Assembly (NCBI GenBank): GCA_946184925.1
Contig: CAMHHL010000001.1
Span: 4,974-68,973 of the forward strand
DNA length: 64,000 nucleotides
Source of the DNA: an uncultured Clostridia bacterium
GTDB lineage: Bacteria; Bacillota; Clostridia; Oscillospirales; Acutalibacteraceae
Direction of reading: 5' to 3'
In this document: positions 17,211-27,687 of the stretch, piece by piece
How positions within the stretch are numbered: position 1 is the first letter of the stretch
How the letters are laid out: the number at the start of each line of letters is the position of its first letter
Notes under the pieces: generated by a model
Database searches by the model: none
Seen by the model: the letters and a program-made list of their open reading frames with translations, nothing else
Told to the model about the DNA's origin: nothing
Program-made: the position numbers and the translations under genes

Positions 17211-17414
17211 AATTAACAGTTAACAGTTAACAGTTAATAATTAACAGTTATGGTCGTGCAGACAGATTGCGCGATACTTACGTTTTGTTCCCGACAGAGT
17301 TTTTATGCTTGCTGCGCAAGCAGCATTTAAATCCGGTCGGCTATACGACGTTGTTTTCCTATTCGACCTATCTACTCGACCGAAACTGTTAATTATTAAC
17401 TGTAAACTATTAAC
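17211..17414. repeat. Composite repeat A: 130-bp core (17252-17381) inside inverted TTAACAG-type heptamer arms
   Basis: Arms 17219-17256 and 17377-17414 form a ~38-bp imperfect inverted repeat; core colinear with 25434-25563 and 53371-53500. Confidence 0.92.
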
Positions 17415-17416
17415 TT

Positions 17417-17440
17417 AAAAGCGCCGCTTTGTGCGGCGCC
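17417..17440 (-). terminator. Intrinsic terminator of the PBP gene, abutting repeat A
   Basis: Minus strand gcgccgc-acaaa-gcggcgc-tttt. Confidence 0.65.
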
Positions 17441-17442
17441 TT

Positions 17443-19512
17443 TCAGCTTGTTTTCTTATTCTTGAAATACTCGTCGAGGAGTGACTTTGCGACTCCCATG
17501 CTGAAACGTCCCTTTGCGCCGTGCTCAAGCACAACCGCGACAGCCACCTCGGGCTTTTCGTAGGGCGCGTAGCAGATGAATACGGTATGGTCGCTGCCGG
17601 AGTTCTCGGCTGTACCGGTCTTGGCGGCAACCTTAACCTTATAATTTCCGAAAACGCTGTAGGCGGTTCCGTATGGGGAGCTTACAACATTTCTCATAGC
17701 GCTTTGAACAGTCGCGAGATTATCCTTTGATACTCCCGAGGTGCTCAGCACCTCCGGCTTTGAGGAATTGTACTTATAGACTGTTTTCTTGCGCTCGTAG
17801 TTTCGGATTTCCTTGACGATATGTGTTTTCAGGCGAGTGCCGTTGTTGGCAATTGTCGCGACGTAGGTCGCGAGCTGAACCGGGGTGAACGCGTTATCCG
17901 ACTGACCGATTGCAGCCTGAACCGTGTTTCCCTCCTGCCAGGTTGTACTGTCACGTCCGGCGAGGAAGCCGGTGCTTTCGTCAACCTCGAGTCCGGTTTT
18001 CTCTCCCAGTCCGAATTTTTCGGCGTAGAGATACATAGTGTTGATGCCGAGCTTGCGTCCGGTTTCGGCGAAGAAGTAGTTACAGCTCTCGGTGATAGCG
18101 TCGTTGAGCCCGATTGAACCGTGAGTTCCCATGCACGCGACGGGGTTAGACGGATAATAGTCGTAGTACTTGGTGCAGGTGACGGTGGAAAACGGAGTTA
18201 TGGTTCCCTCCTGAAGCGCCGCGCACGCCACGCAGGGCTTAAACACCGAGCCGGGCGCGAACGAGCCGATAAACGCGCGGTTGTACATCGGAGCGGTTTT
18301 CGCCTCGGAGAGCGCAACATAATAGTCGCCGTACTTCGAATATTTATTGAGATCATAGGTCGGATAGCTCGCCGAAGCGAGAACCGAAAAGTCCTTTACA
18401 CTGAGCATAACAGCCGCGCCTGTCTCGCAGTCCTCGCCCTGACCTTCTCCCTCGGAGAGCATCTCGGTCTGACCGTTTGCCTTCGCCGCCTTGATCTGGG
18501 TTGCGAGAGCGGTGTTCGCGACCTTTTGAAGCTTGCTGTCGATTGTGAGATAGACGGTGTTGCCGGGCTTTGCCGCTTCGGACTGGACAAGCTTGGTGAT
18601 GTTACCCTCGGAGTTCTTCTGAACCATGCGCTCGCCGCCGACGCCCTTGAGCTCGTCCTCATAGGCAAGCTCTATGCCGAATTTTCCGATGCTGTCGTTG
18701 TAGCCGTAGTCCTTGCCCTCCTTGATTTTCGCCTCGTATTCCTCCTGATTGATGCTGCCGAGAGCACCGAGGATGTGCGGCGCGAGATTGCCGACGGGGT
18801 TGTAGCGCGTGAGGAAGGTCTGGATTTCAACTCCGCTTGTGCCCTGAGTATTTTCGCTGATTATGGCAACCATGTCGGAGCTTATATCCTGAGCAAAGAT
18901 ATACGGCGTTGAGTTGGAATAATAACAAAGCTCCATATTATAATGTATCGAAATCAAGTTTCTGAGATTAGTTTTGTTCTTGATTTTTCCGAGGTCATAG
19001 CGCTCGGTGAGAAGCTTGATGCATTTGTCGGCGGAGTCGCTGTTTTTGAGGTCGAGATAATCCTCCGACTTGAGTGTTTTGATGTCGTCGGCGCGGTTTT
19101 TCCTGAACTCAAAGCCGTTGTCGCCGAGCTTAATCGGCAGGGCGTCAATCCATTTTTCGCCGCGTGTGTTCATGAGCCTTATGAGCGAGAGCAGAGTTGA
19201 ATCAAGCTTGTCCTCATCCATATACAGCTTGTCAATCGCAACCCGGTAGCCGGTGCGGTTGACAGCGAGCCCGACACCGTTGCAGTCGAGGATTTCTCCT
19301 CTGGTAGCGTCGGTTGTGACTGAATAAGCGGTGGAGTTGCGGGCAATTTCGGAATACTCCTTACCGTCGGCAATCTGCCAAAAAAACAGCCGCACGACAA
19401 ATCCGCAGAAAATCACGAGTGTGATAATCACGCAGATTCCGACGCGCTTGCTGATGAATCTTTTCTGTTGTTCCTGTCTGTCCTTGTCTTCGTTCGGAAG
19501 CGTGAAAATCAC
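17443..19512 (-). CDS. mrdA: Class B penicillin-binding protein (PBP2/MrdA-like)
   Basis: N-terminal TM, RGEILD, SxxK (PGSVFK), SCN, KTGT; follows mreBCD; start codon uncertain. Confidence 0.88.
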   Translation of the reverse strand: MIFTLPNEDKDRQEQQKRFISKRVGICVIITLVIFCGFVVRLFFWQIADGKEYSEIARNSTAYSVTTDATRGEILDCNGVGLAVNRTGYRVAIDKLYMDEDKLDSTLLSLIRLMNTRGEKWIDALPIKLGDNGFEFRKNRADDIKTLKSEDYLDLKNSDSADKCIKLLTERYDLGKIKNKTNLRNLISIHYNMELCYYSNSTPYIFAQDISSDMVAIISENTQGTSGVEIQTFLTRYNPVGNLAPHILGALGSINQEEYEAKIKEGKDYGYNDSIGKFGIELAYEDELKGVGGERMVQKNSEGNITKLVQSEAAKPGNTVYLTIDSKLQKVANTALATQIKAAKANGQTEMLSEGEGQGEDCETGAAVMLSVKDFSVLASASYPTYDLNKYSKYGDYYVALSEAKTAPMYNRAFIGSFAPGSVFKPCVACAALQEGTITPFSTVTCTKYYDYYPSNPVACMGTHGSIGLNDAITESCNYFFAETGRKLGINTMYLYAEKFGLGEKTGLEVDESTGFLAGRDSTTWQEGNTVQAAIGQSDNAFTPVQLATYVATIANNGTRLKTHIVKEIRNYERKKTVYKYNSSKPEVLSTSGVSKDNLATVQSAMRNVVSSPYGTAYSVFGNYKVKVAAKTGTAENSGSDHTVFICYAPYEKPEVAVAVVLEHGAKGRFSMGVAKSLLDEYFKNKKTS

Positions 19513-19531
19513 CTCTTTCCATTAGATATAA

Positions 19532-20041
19532 TCAATCCCTCATGTTCTTGTAGAGGAAGCTGTTGAGGAAATATAGGATAACCTCGCAGGCTATTGTGTA
19601 GATGATCCGCGAGATATAGTGGTTAACAAAAAATCCGAGCGCGTTCCCCTTCCCCGCAATAACATAGAAGAAGAGGAAATACGCCAGAATCAGCGCGGTG
19701 GAAATCACCGCGGTGAACGCCATAACGTTGAGGAAGCTCGCGACGAGCTTGTCCCTGAAAAACATGCTCAGCCCAAAGCAAATCAGCGTGAGGGTGAACG
19801 TGAAGAAGCCCACGCCGTCGCCGTAGCCGAAATCGAGCATAAGTCCGCCGGCAAGACCGAAGAACATCGCCGGAAGCTCGGACTCCATGTATGAAATTGT
19901 CAGAACCGCCGGGAGAATCATCAGAGGCTTGCTGCCGAAGAGCTCCGGCATGAGGTTCGGCGTTGTCTGGAGCACAAAAAGCAGAATCAGCTCCAGCGAA
20001 TACGCAAGATATCTGAAAAATGTATATCTGTGTGCCATCAA
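19532..20041 (-). CDS. mreD: Rod shape-determining protein MreD
   Basis: Hydrophobic 169 aa, FGLAGGLMLD motif, position after mreC. Confidence 0.85.
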   Translation of the reverse strand: MMAHRYTFFRYLAYSLELILLFVLQTTPNLMPELFGSKPLMILPAVLTISYMESELPAMFFGLAGGLMLDFGYGDGVGFFTFTLTLICFGLSMFFRDKLVASFLNVMAFTAVISTALILAYFLFFYVIAGKGNALGFFVNHYISRIIYTIACEVILYFLNSFLYKNMRD

Positions 20042-20880
20042 CGGGCTCCCTTTGAAGAAGGCGTAATCTCGCCCTTGTTCTTGAAATCGGTGAGGACTGC
20101 AACGTTCGTCACATTCTTAATGTCCTCGTAGCTTTTGACCTCGGCGTACTTGGTCGCGTCGTATTCGTCGTACTTAATCGCCGTGACCTTGCCGATAATC
20201 AAATCCCTGGGATACACGCCGCCGATTCCCGAGGTTACAACCACGTCGCCCTTTTTCGCCTTTGCGTTCGCGTCAATCTTTGTGAGGGTGGTGCGGTTGT
20301 TGTCGCTGAGAAGCGCGTTTCCGGTGACTACTCCGCTGTCGGCGGTTCGCTTGACAAGCGCTCCTGCCTGAAAATCAGGCGAAAGCACTGTCGTTACTTT
20401 GCTGCTCGCGGCGTTGACGGAGCTGATGAAGCCAATCAGACCGTTTTCGGTCACAACCGGGTCGAGCTTCTCGATTCCGACAGCCGAGCCGGCGTCAATC
20501 GTAAAGGAATAGAAGTCCTCGTTTGTATCGCGGCGTATGACAGCAGCCGGGAAAAGCTGAAAGTCGGAATTCGACTTTTTGAGGTCATAATACTTCCAGA
20601 GCCTCGCGTTCTCGTCGCGAAGGTCATAGTAATCGACCAGCTGAGTGCGCAAGTCGGCAATCTCCTTGCTGAGCTGCTCGTTCTCGGCAAGGAGTTCGTC
20701 ATAGGTCTTTGTCTCGGTTGAGGCGGCAACCGCCGTAACCTGAGAAAGTCCCTTGGTTATGAAATTGAAGCCCGAGCTAATGAAGTTGTTCCCGGATGCG
20801 GAAAAAATCGCGAGTACAATCAAAACCGCGATTGTCACGGCGAACACCCTCATGCTCTTGTTTGAAAAAAATTCTCTCAT
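20038..20880 (-). CDS. mreC: Rod shape-determining protein MreC
   Basis: TM + coiled coil (ENEQL, ENARL), VVTENGLIG, VVTSGIGGVYP. Confidence 0.93.
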   Translation of the reverse strand: MREFFSNKSMRVFAVTIAVLIVLAIFSASGNNFISSGFNFITKGLSQVTAVAASTETKTYDELLAENEQLSKEIADLRTQLVDYYDLRDENARLWKYYDLKKSNSDFQLFPAAVIRRDTNEDFYSFTIDAGSAVGIEKLDPVVTENGLIGFISSVNAASSKVTTVLSPDFQAGALVKRTADSGVVTGNALLSDNNRTTLTKIDANAKAKKGDVVVTSGIGGVYPRDLIIGKVTAIKYDEYDATKYAEVKSYEDIKNVTNVAVLTDFKNKGEITPSSKGAR

Positions 20881-20914
20881 AATTTATACAAAGCGAGCCG
20901 CAGCGCGGCTCTGA

Positions 20915-21925
20915 TTACTCTCTGTTGTGCTTGTATTCGGCTCTCATTCCGCCGAGACGCGCTCCGGCGCCCTCAACTACGCAGTCGAGAGGACGTTCCG
21001 CAATGTGAACGGGCATGCCTGTCTCTTCCATGATGAGCTTGTCGATTCCGCGCAGCTGAGCGCCGCCGCCTGTAATCATAATGCCGTGGTCAATGATGTC
21101 GGCGGAGAGCTCGGGCGGAGTTTTCTCGAGTGTGTTGCGGATAGCCTCGACGATAACCTTGAGCGGCTCGGCGAGCGCCTCGCGGATTTCCTCGGCGGTT
21201 ATGGTGATGTCCTTGGGAAGCCCTGTCTCGAGGGAACGGCCTTTGACGAGCATGTCGTGCTCGTCCTTGTACTCATAAGCGGAGCCGATTGCTATCTTGA
21301 TTTCCTCGGCGGTGCGGTCGCCGATGAGAAGGTTGTATGTCTTTTTGATGTAAGTTGAAATCGCCTCGTCGAACTTGTCGCCGGCAACCCTTACGGAGCA
21401 CGCGGTTACAATGTCGCCGAGTGAGATTACGGCAACCTCGGAGGTTCCGCCGCCGATATCGACAACCATCGAGCCCGTGGGCTCGTCCACCGGAAGTCCG
21501 GCGCCGATTGCAGCCGCCATGGGCTCCTCAATCAGTGTGATGTTTCTGCTTCCGCTCGCCTGAACAGCAGCGTTCTCGACAGCTCTGCGCTCAACCTCTG
21601 TAACGCCGGTGGGCATGCAGATAATGATTCTCGGCTTGCTGAAAAGACCGGGCTTCGCCGCCTTGCGGATGAAGTGCTTGAGCATTGTGGCGGTGATGTC
21701 AAAATCGGCGATAACGCCGTCCTTTAGCGGACGAACCGCAACGATTGAACCCGGGGTTCTTCCTATCATCTCGCGAGCCTGTTCGCCGACAGCGAGAACG
21801 CTGTCGTTACGGATGTCAACCGCGACAACGCTGGGCTCACGCATAACGATACCCTTGCCCTTGATGCAGACAAGCGTATTCGCCGTACCTAAATCAATTC
21901 CGATATCCTTAGAAAAAGAAAACAT
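20915..21925 (-). CDS. mreB: Rod shape-determining protein MreB
   Basis: [50 protein letters not shown]. Confidence 0.97.
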   Translation of the reverse strand: MFSFSKDIGIDLGTANTLVCIKGKGIVMREPSVVAVDIRNDSVLAVGEQAREMIGRTPGSIVAVRPLKDGVIADFDITATMLKHFIRKAAKPGLFSKPRIIICMPTGVTEVERRAVENAAVQASGSRNITLIEEPMAAAIGAGLPVDEPTGSMVVDIGGGTSEVAVISLGDIVTACSVRVAGDKFDEAISTYIKKTYNLLIGDRTAEEIKIAIGSAYEYKDEHDMLVKGRSLETGLPKDITITAEEIREALAEPLKVIVEAIRNTLEKTPPELSADIIDHGIMITGGGAQLRGIDKLIMEETGMPVHIAERPLDCVVEGAGARLGGMRAEYKHNRE

Positions 21926-22099
21926 ATTGAAACTCCTTTCGGACTGAAATTTCTGAATCGGGCTATAGCCTCATATTAAATTATAACTTATTAAAAAAAC
22001 TAAATCAATAATAATTTGTCATATTCGCTGTTTTGCAAAAGCAATTCCCTCAATTTGTCCGCACATCTATGCGATTTGCTAAATATAGCGACGGGAATC

Positions 22100-22537
22100 T
22101 TACCTCTTTCCGGTGGAACCAAAGCCGCCCTCGCCCCGGTCGGTGGAGCCGAGATCGTCCGTGAGAACTAAATCCGGAACGAACACGGGCGCAATCACCA
22201 TCTGCGCCACACGCTCAAGGGGCTCAACTGTGTAGCTCTCGCAGGAAACGTTGCAAAGTCCGACGCAGACCTCGCCGCGGTAGTCGCAGTCAACCACTCC
22301 GACGCCGTTCGAAAGGCATATTCCGTGCTTGACGCCGAGCCCGGAACGCGCATAGAGAAACGCCGCCGCGCCCTCGGGGACGGCAACCGCGATTCCGGTG
22401 GGAATTATCCTGAGCTCGCCGGGGGCGATTGTCACGCTCTCGTCAATACAGGCATAGAGATCCATGCCTGCCGCTCCGGCGGTTGAACGTGTGGGAAGCT
22501 TTGCATTCTCTCGCAGTAGTTTTATTTTCAGTTCCAT
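22100..22537 (-). CDS. dut: dUTPase
   Basis: AAGMDL, RSGL, GVVDCDYRGE, RVAQMV, RGEGGFGSTG. Confidence 0.96.
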   Translation of the reverse strand: MELKIKLLRENAKLPTRSTAGAAGMDLYACIDESVTIAPGELRIIPTGIAVAVPEGAAAFLYARSGLGVKHGICLSNGVGVVDCDYRGEVCVGLCNVSCESYTVEPLERVAQMVIAPVFVPDLVLTDDLGSTDRGEGGFGSTGKR

Positions 22538-22670
22538 TTTTATCTCCTAAACTTGCAAAAATACATTTTCCTTGCAATTATACAATATTTTTATAATTAT
22601 GCGCTCATTTATACAAAACCGACAAAATTCCGCGCCGGAATTATGCATATTTCCCAACAGGAAATTTTTC

Positions 22671-24743
22671 TCAGATTACTCCGCGTTTATAGAGCCCGTG
22701 GGTCTTTTCGCCGGATTCAAGGCATTTACTGGAAAAATCGTGTATGTTTTCCACGTTTTCCACATAGTTTTCCACAGAAAACCGCCACGACTCAAAATCA
22801 AGCGCCGGCGATGACGAAGCGAAGCCAAGCTCCTCGACAGGAACGGTGTTGAGCACCTCTGTCGCAAAACCGCCACACGTAAAAATGAAAGTTTTGCCCA
22901 GTCTATCCTTCATTTTTCCTCTGCCGCCGCAGTCCCGGCAGCTTATCCGAGCGCTCTTGTTCGGACAGTTCCGGGTGAGCATAAGCGGAAGATAGCCATA
23001 GCTGATTATGCCTCTGGGGAGCTTGCCGCCGAGTGTGTTGATCTGTTCCTCGCGAAGCTCAAAGCTCAGCTCGGCGTCGGCAAATCCGAAGCTCAAAGCC
23101 CATTCGAGGTCCGGCGTATTGGTGAAGTTCAGCCCGAAGCCGCCGTGAAGAACAAAGCCCTGCTCTCTCGCGAGATATACGGCTCCGTGGTTGTTGCAGA
23201 GCGCGTCGATTATGCCGAGTTTGTTTAATTCCGTCAGTTTTTTTCTTACCTTTTCTTCGCGCGAGAACAACGCCCGCGGAATTTCAACACCGAGCCTGAA
23301 CCCTTTTTTCAAGAGCTTTTTCAGCTCTTCCGGCTCGCTGTCGAGCGGCACAAAGCAGAGGTCAAGATCCCTGAAGCCGCTGCCGATTTTTGTAGAAGTA
23401 AATCTCGCGTAACGCTTGTGAGCGGACGCTTTGTGCGGCTCGAATTTTTCGGGTATTATTTCGTTTATTTCATACTTATTTATATTCGCGCTGCCTTCGT
23501 AGTAAAGCCCGAGCGCCTCGCGCCTGAGCTCGTTGATTGCGGAGAGCGGAAGGCTTACGTCCCTGCCGAGACGGATTTCGCACTCTGTAACATTATAGGG
23601 AGTTCCGCCCGTTTTTAACAGCTGCCTGCGGACTTTTTCCTCGTCGAGCGGTCTGTTTATCGCCTTTTCGCACACAACGCCCTTCGCCTGAGCCGTAGCC
23701 GTTGTTCCCGTTTCGCCCGTCACGCTCAGCGTCGGAGCTTTTCCGACCTCGGCGCTGAACAGCATGCTGATATTAACGCGTTTTTTCTCGTCCTTATAGC
23801 CGGCGCGGATTTCGGAAAAAAGCTTTTCCGTCGCGCTTACGACGTCCTCCTTCTTCCTGTAGCCGAACATTTCGTAACCGCGCTTAGAGGTGTAGTAGCC
23901 GTCGGTAAAGCCGGTGCGCGAAAAAACTCCGCTGAGCTGCGCGGCGGTTTTTTCGTCGACAAAGCCGTTGTCGCGCGACTGAACGCAGGCTTTGACGGCG
24001 GCGGCAACATATTCGGGACGTTTGAGCCTGCCCTCGATTTTTGCCGAGGTAACTCCGAGCGACTGCAAATCGCGCAGGCGGTCTATGATACTGTTGTCCT
24101 TGAGGCTGAGAGCGCAGCCCTTTTTGCCGCCGACCGAGAACGGCAGCCGACACGTCTGGGCACAGCGGCCGCGATTGCCGCTGCGCGAGCCGAGCATAGC
24201 GCTGAAATAGCACTGTCCCGACACGCTCATGCACAGCGCGCCGTGGACGAACACCTCGGTCTCTATCGGACAGCTTTCTGCTATTTTCTTTATTTCCTCG
24301 CGGTTGAGCTCACGCGCGAGAACCACGCGGCTGAATCCGAGCTCCCACATCAGCTTCGCGCCGCCCGGAGTGTGGATACTCAGTTGGGTTGAGGCGTGGA
24401 GCGGAAGGCTCGGAGCAATCCTCTTCGCGAGCATCGCGACGCCGATATTCTGGACAATCAGCGCGTCTACTCCTGCTCTCGCCGCCGAGGCTATGAGCTG
24501 CGCCACGCCCTCGAGCTCGCTGTCAAAAACTATTGTGTTAACCGTAAGGTGAACCTTCACTCCGCAGGCATGGCAGTATTTCACCGCCTGCACGAGCTCC
24601 TCGTCCGAGAAATTCTCGGCACCGGCTCTGGCGGAAAAGGTCTTTGCGCCCATATATACCGCGTCGGCTCCGCTGCGCACGGCGGCAATGACGGAATCAA
24701 TTCCGCCGCAGGGCGCGAGGATTTCTATCTTTTTGTTATTCAT
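22671..24743 (-). CDS. U32-family peptidase-like protein (RlhA/TrhP-type, DUF3656-like C-terminus)
   Basis: EILAP.G, GADAVYMG, EVFVHGALCMSVSGQC, NRGRCAQTCR, KIEGR. Confidence 0.9.
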   Translation of the reverse strand: MNNKKIEILAPCGGIDSVIAAVRSGADAVYMGAKTFSARAGAENFSDEELVQAVKYCHACGVKVHLTVNTIVFDSELEGVAQLIASAARAGVDALIVQNIGVAMLAKRIAPSLPLHASTQLSIHTPGGAKLMWELGFSRVVLARELNREEIKKIAESCPIETEVFVHGALCMSVSGQCYFSAMLGSRSGNRGRCAQTCRLPFSVGGKKGCALSLKDNSIIDRLRDLQSLGVTSAKIEGRLKRPEYVAAAVKACVQSRDNGFVDEKTAAQLSGVFSRTGFTDGYYTSKRGYEMFGYRKKEDVVSATEKLFSEIRAGYKDEKKRVNISMLFSAEVGKAPTLSVTGETGTTATAQAKGVVCEKAINRPLDEEKVRRQLLKTGGTPYNVTECEIRLGRDVSLPLSAINELRREALGLYYEGSANINKYEINEIIPEKFEPHKASAHKRYARFTSTKIGSGFRDLDLCFVPLDSEPEELKKLLKKGFRLGVEIPRALFSREEKVRKKLTELNKLGIIDALCNNHGAVYLAREQGFVLHGGFGLNFTNTPDLEWALSFGFADAELSFELREEQINTLGGKLPRGIISYGYLPLMLTRNCPNKSARISCRDCGGRGKMKDRLGKTFIFTCGGFATEVLNTVPVEELGFASSSPALDFESWRFSVENYVENVENIHDFSSKCLESGEKTHGLYKRGVI

Positions 24744-25230
24744 TGTCAAAAAGCGAAATTTGTCGCGAGGGTATATATCCCTTTTCTTCCTCGGGCTCCG
24801 CAGGCTTGGGCGAAGCCTCGGGCATACGCTCCGAAAGCTTCTTCTCCAGGTGCTTCTTTTGATCGGAGAGGGCTTTGAGCTCCTCGTTCTTCTTTTTGAG
24901 CTGTTCCTTCAGGGAGCGGATTTCATCGTCCTTTTTAAAGCCTTTTTCCTTGAGCTCTTTGAGCTGCTTGGACTGCCTGTCCGCCTGAGCAATGAGCGGC
25001 TTGGCGTTGGTCGCAAGGCTCTTGCTGCGCTCTATCTCCTTGTATTTGTCGTCGGCATAATCCAGGGCGCAGAGAATCGCCGCGCCGCGCCTGTCAAGGG
25101 TAGGGTTCTTCTCGGTGATTGCTTTTATCGCGTCATTTACCTCGGACGCAAGCTTCTGAACATAATCGTCCTTGTCCTCACTGAGAAGCACAAAGTGCTT
25201 TCCGGCAACATAAACCGTATGTCTGTTCAT
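24736..25230 (-). CDS. zapA: Cell division protein ZapA family with coiled-coil extension
   Basis: V.VAGKHFVL.S...DYVQKLA..VN...AAILCALDYAD; zapA-U32-dut order. Confidence 0.75.
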   Translation of the reverse strand: MNRHTVYVAGKHFVLLSEDKDDYVQKLASEVNDAIKAITEKNPTLDRRGAAILCALDYADDKYKEIERSKSLATNAKPLIAQADRQSKQLKELKEKGFKKDDEIRSLKEQLKKKNEELKALSDQKKHLEKKLSERMPEASPKPAEPEEEKGYIPSRQISLFDNE

Positions 25231-25365
25231 AATAGTCCTCCATTAAGAGCGTAATTAATCAGCGGATACTTAACCATAATAAGTATAGTATAATTAGATA
25301 TAATAAAAAAGCTTTGTTTTAGAATTGTGATTTATGTAACGAAATTGTCAACTATGGCAGGCGGA

Positions 25366-25789
25366 CAATTAGCAATGTGCAATGAGCAATTAATGTACAA
25401 GTTGTAAGTGGTAAGATGTAAGTTGTAAGTTGTTGTCGTGCAGACAGATTGCGCGATACTTACGTTTGGTGCCCGACAGAATTTTTATGCTTGCTGCGCA
25501 AGCAGCATAGAAATATTTTCGGCGCAGCGGCGTTGTTTTCCTATTCGACCTATCTACTCGACCATAACTTACAACTTCCTGCTTACAACTTACAACTTAA
25601 CAGTCGTTTGATAGGACAGCAACACACAGCTCAAACGTTACCTTTACAGACGTCGGATAGGAGCAGTTGTCACAGCCCAAACACAACATCGGATAGGAGA
25701 AGTCACGTAACAGGGTTGAGATAGTAAAAAAGGAGCACTCAAGCCAAAAGGGTAGAGAGAGAAAAAACTGCCGCGGAGTGCGGCAGTTT
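25366..25789. repeat. Composite repeat B: GCAATTA heptamers, TTGTAAG arms, 130-bp core (25434-25563), terminator-adjacent module and terminator
   Basis: Modules align by eye with repeats A, C and D. Confidence 0.92.
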
Positions 25790-25795
25790 GGGATG

Positions 25796-27379
25796 TTAAC
25801 TTTCGTCAGCCTGAAGCTTGATGGAGACCTTGTAGGTTTTGTCCGCGTCGGGGCGGTAGATTTCGAGCATAACCTCGTCGCCTGCCTTGTGCTTGGCGAG
25901 CGCGTTGTAAATATCGGTGAAGGTCTGGGTTTTTGTTCCGTCGAGAGAAACGATTACATCTCCCTCCCGAACGCCCTTTCCGTCGAGAGGTCCGCCCTCG
26001 CCGATTGTTTCGACCTGAATTCCGTAAATTTCTGCTTCTTCATTGTAGACGGCTCTTCCGGTTATACCGATTTTTACTCGTCCGCCTACGAAGCCGTTGC
26101 GGATGATGTCATCGGTGATTTCCTTGACGGTTTGGCTCGGAATAGCGAAAGCCATCGCCTCAAAATCATCGAGAACAATTTTTGAGGAAGTTATGCCGAT
26201 AACATAGCCGTACATATTGCAGAGCGGTCCGCCGGAGTTTCCGGGGTTGATTGCCGCGTCGGTCTGGATAAGCTTTGAAATGTTTGAAACAGAGGTCTCG
26301 CGGTCAATTGCGGAGATAATTCCCTTTGTGACTGAGTTCTGATACGCAAGGCTGCGCGGATTGCCGACAGCGATGACGTCTTCGGTTACTTTGTTCTGGG
26401 CGCTGTCACCGAACTGAGCCGGAGTGAGACCTTTCGCGTCGATTTTGAGCACGGCGAGGTCGGTTCGGTTGTCGAAGCCTACAACGCCTGCCTTGTACTC
26501 CTTGTTGTCGTTGGTGACAACCTTGATTTTGTACGCGGTGCGGCTGTTTGCGACAATGTGCGAGTTTGTAATGATGTAGCCGTCGGAGGTTGTGATTATT
26601 CCGGTGCCCATTCCCGTGTAGCTTGAGGTTGTGCCCTCCTGTCCGTCAACATAGCAGATTATTCCGACGACAGATTTCTCAACGTTTTCAAAGGCGTATT
26701 CGGCGCCGTATTTCTCAGAATCCTTTTTCTCGGGCTTTTTATTGAGACTTAGTCCGGTGTAGTTTTTATTTACTTTATCCTTGGCGTCCGACTCGGGATA
26801 ATTGCCGTTCCCGATTTCCGCGTCGGTTTCGGGCTGCGGAGTGGTGCTGATTTCGGTCGGGAGCTCAAAGTTGAATCCGCCGTTATCCCGGCTCTGCGAA
26901 TCCGCGCTCTTGGTGTCGTGATTCATAGCCGTAAAGGTTATGAACGCCGCGAGCGCCGCCGCCAAAATCGCAATCGCAATTGCGACGAACGCCTTTTGTC
27001 CGCCGGACATCGGCTGCTTCTGCGGAGCAGGTACGCCGTAGGTAATCCGGTAATAGTCCGGCTGCTCGTTCTGAGGAATGTAGGGGTTGCGGTTGTCGCG
27101 CGGAGCATACGGCGGCTGCGGAGGATAAGCAAACCCCTGCTGACGATAGCCGAACGGGGGCTCCTGCGGCGCCGGCTGAGGCACAGGCTGAGGCTCCTGC
27201 GCAGGCTCGGGCTGAGGCTCCGGGTACGCAACCGGCTGCTCGGGCATCGGGGGCACACTCGGAGTTTCGGGCTGGGTATAATTCATTGCCGGAGCACGGG
27301 GAGGCGTCGGAGGAGGAGTGGGTCTGCTCTCCGGCTCGGTTGATGTATTTTCATTTATATTATTGTTGAATTCGTCCAT
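25796..27379 (-). CDS. htrA: HtrA/DegP-like membrane serine protease with PDZ domain
   Basis: GTGIITTSDGYIITNSH, DLAVLKI, IQTDAAINPGNSGGPL, PDZ; Pro/Gln-rich N-terminus then TM; AAGGAG RBS. Confidence 0.92.
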   Translation of the reverse strand: MDEFNNNINENTSTEPESRPTPPPTPPRAPAMNYTQPETPSVPPMPEQPVAYPEPQPEPAQEPQPVPQPAPQEPPFGYRQQGFAYPPQPPYAPRDNRNPYIPQNEQPDYYRITYGVPAPQKQPMSGGQKAFVAIAIAILAAALAAFITFTAMNHDTKSADSQSRDNGGFNFELPTEISTTPQPETDAEIGNGNYPESDAKDKVNKNYTGLSLNKKPEKKDSEKYGAEYAFENVEKSVVGIICYVDGQEGTTSSYTGMGTGIITTSDGYIITNSHIVANSRTAYKIKVVTNDNKEYKAGVVGFDNRTDLAVLKIDAKGLTPAQFGDSAQNKVTEDVIAVGNPRSLAYQNSVTKGIISAIDRETSVSNISKLIQTDAAINPGNSGGPLCNMYGYVIGITSSKIVLDDFEAMAFAIPSQTVKEITDDIIRNGFVGGRVKIGITGRAVYNEEAEIYGIQVETIGEGGPLDGKGVREGDVIVSLDGTKTQTFTDIYNALAKHKAGDEVMLEIYRPDADKTYKVSIKLQADES

Positions 27380-27598
27380 AAGCTGCTCCTTAAAAGTCAT
27401 TGTGCTTTACCAATTCAAAAACCGTAATAATGTCAGATGATGTTTTTGAATTGTTCAGCAGATATTATTATAAAACTTTCGGACGATAAAAACAACAGAA
27501 AAAATTATTTTTTCTGTTTCGGTTGAAATTTTATGATTAATACGGCACAAAATATTAATTAATTTTACAAAAAATCCCATTCTGCAGCGCATACGGTA

Positions 27599-27627
27599 TT
27601 GCACTTTTGACAAATTTATGTTAAACT
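27599..27627 (+). promoter_or_regulatory. Candidate SigA promoter of fba
   Basis: TTGCAC-17 nt-TAAACT with TG extension. Confidence 0.5.
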
Positions 27628-27687
27628 GGATTTAAGCATACAGTCGCAGACGTGCGATGTGTGAAATTTTCATACGGAGGTTTTATT

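Noticed and set aside
17211-17414. CRISPR array in the heptamer and composite repeat regions
   Set aside because: No constant 23-47 bp repeats separated by unique spacers and no cas genes
25366-25789. Autonomous insertion sequence
   Set aside because: No transposase ORF, no consistent terminal inverted repeats and no target-site duplication
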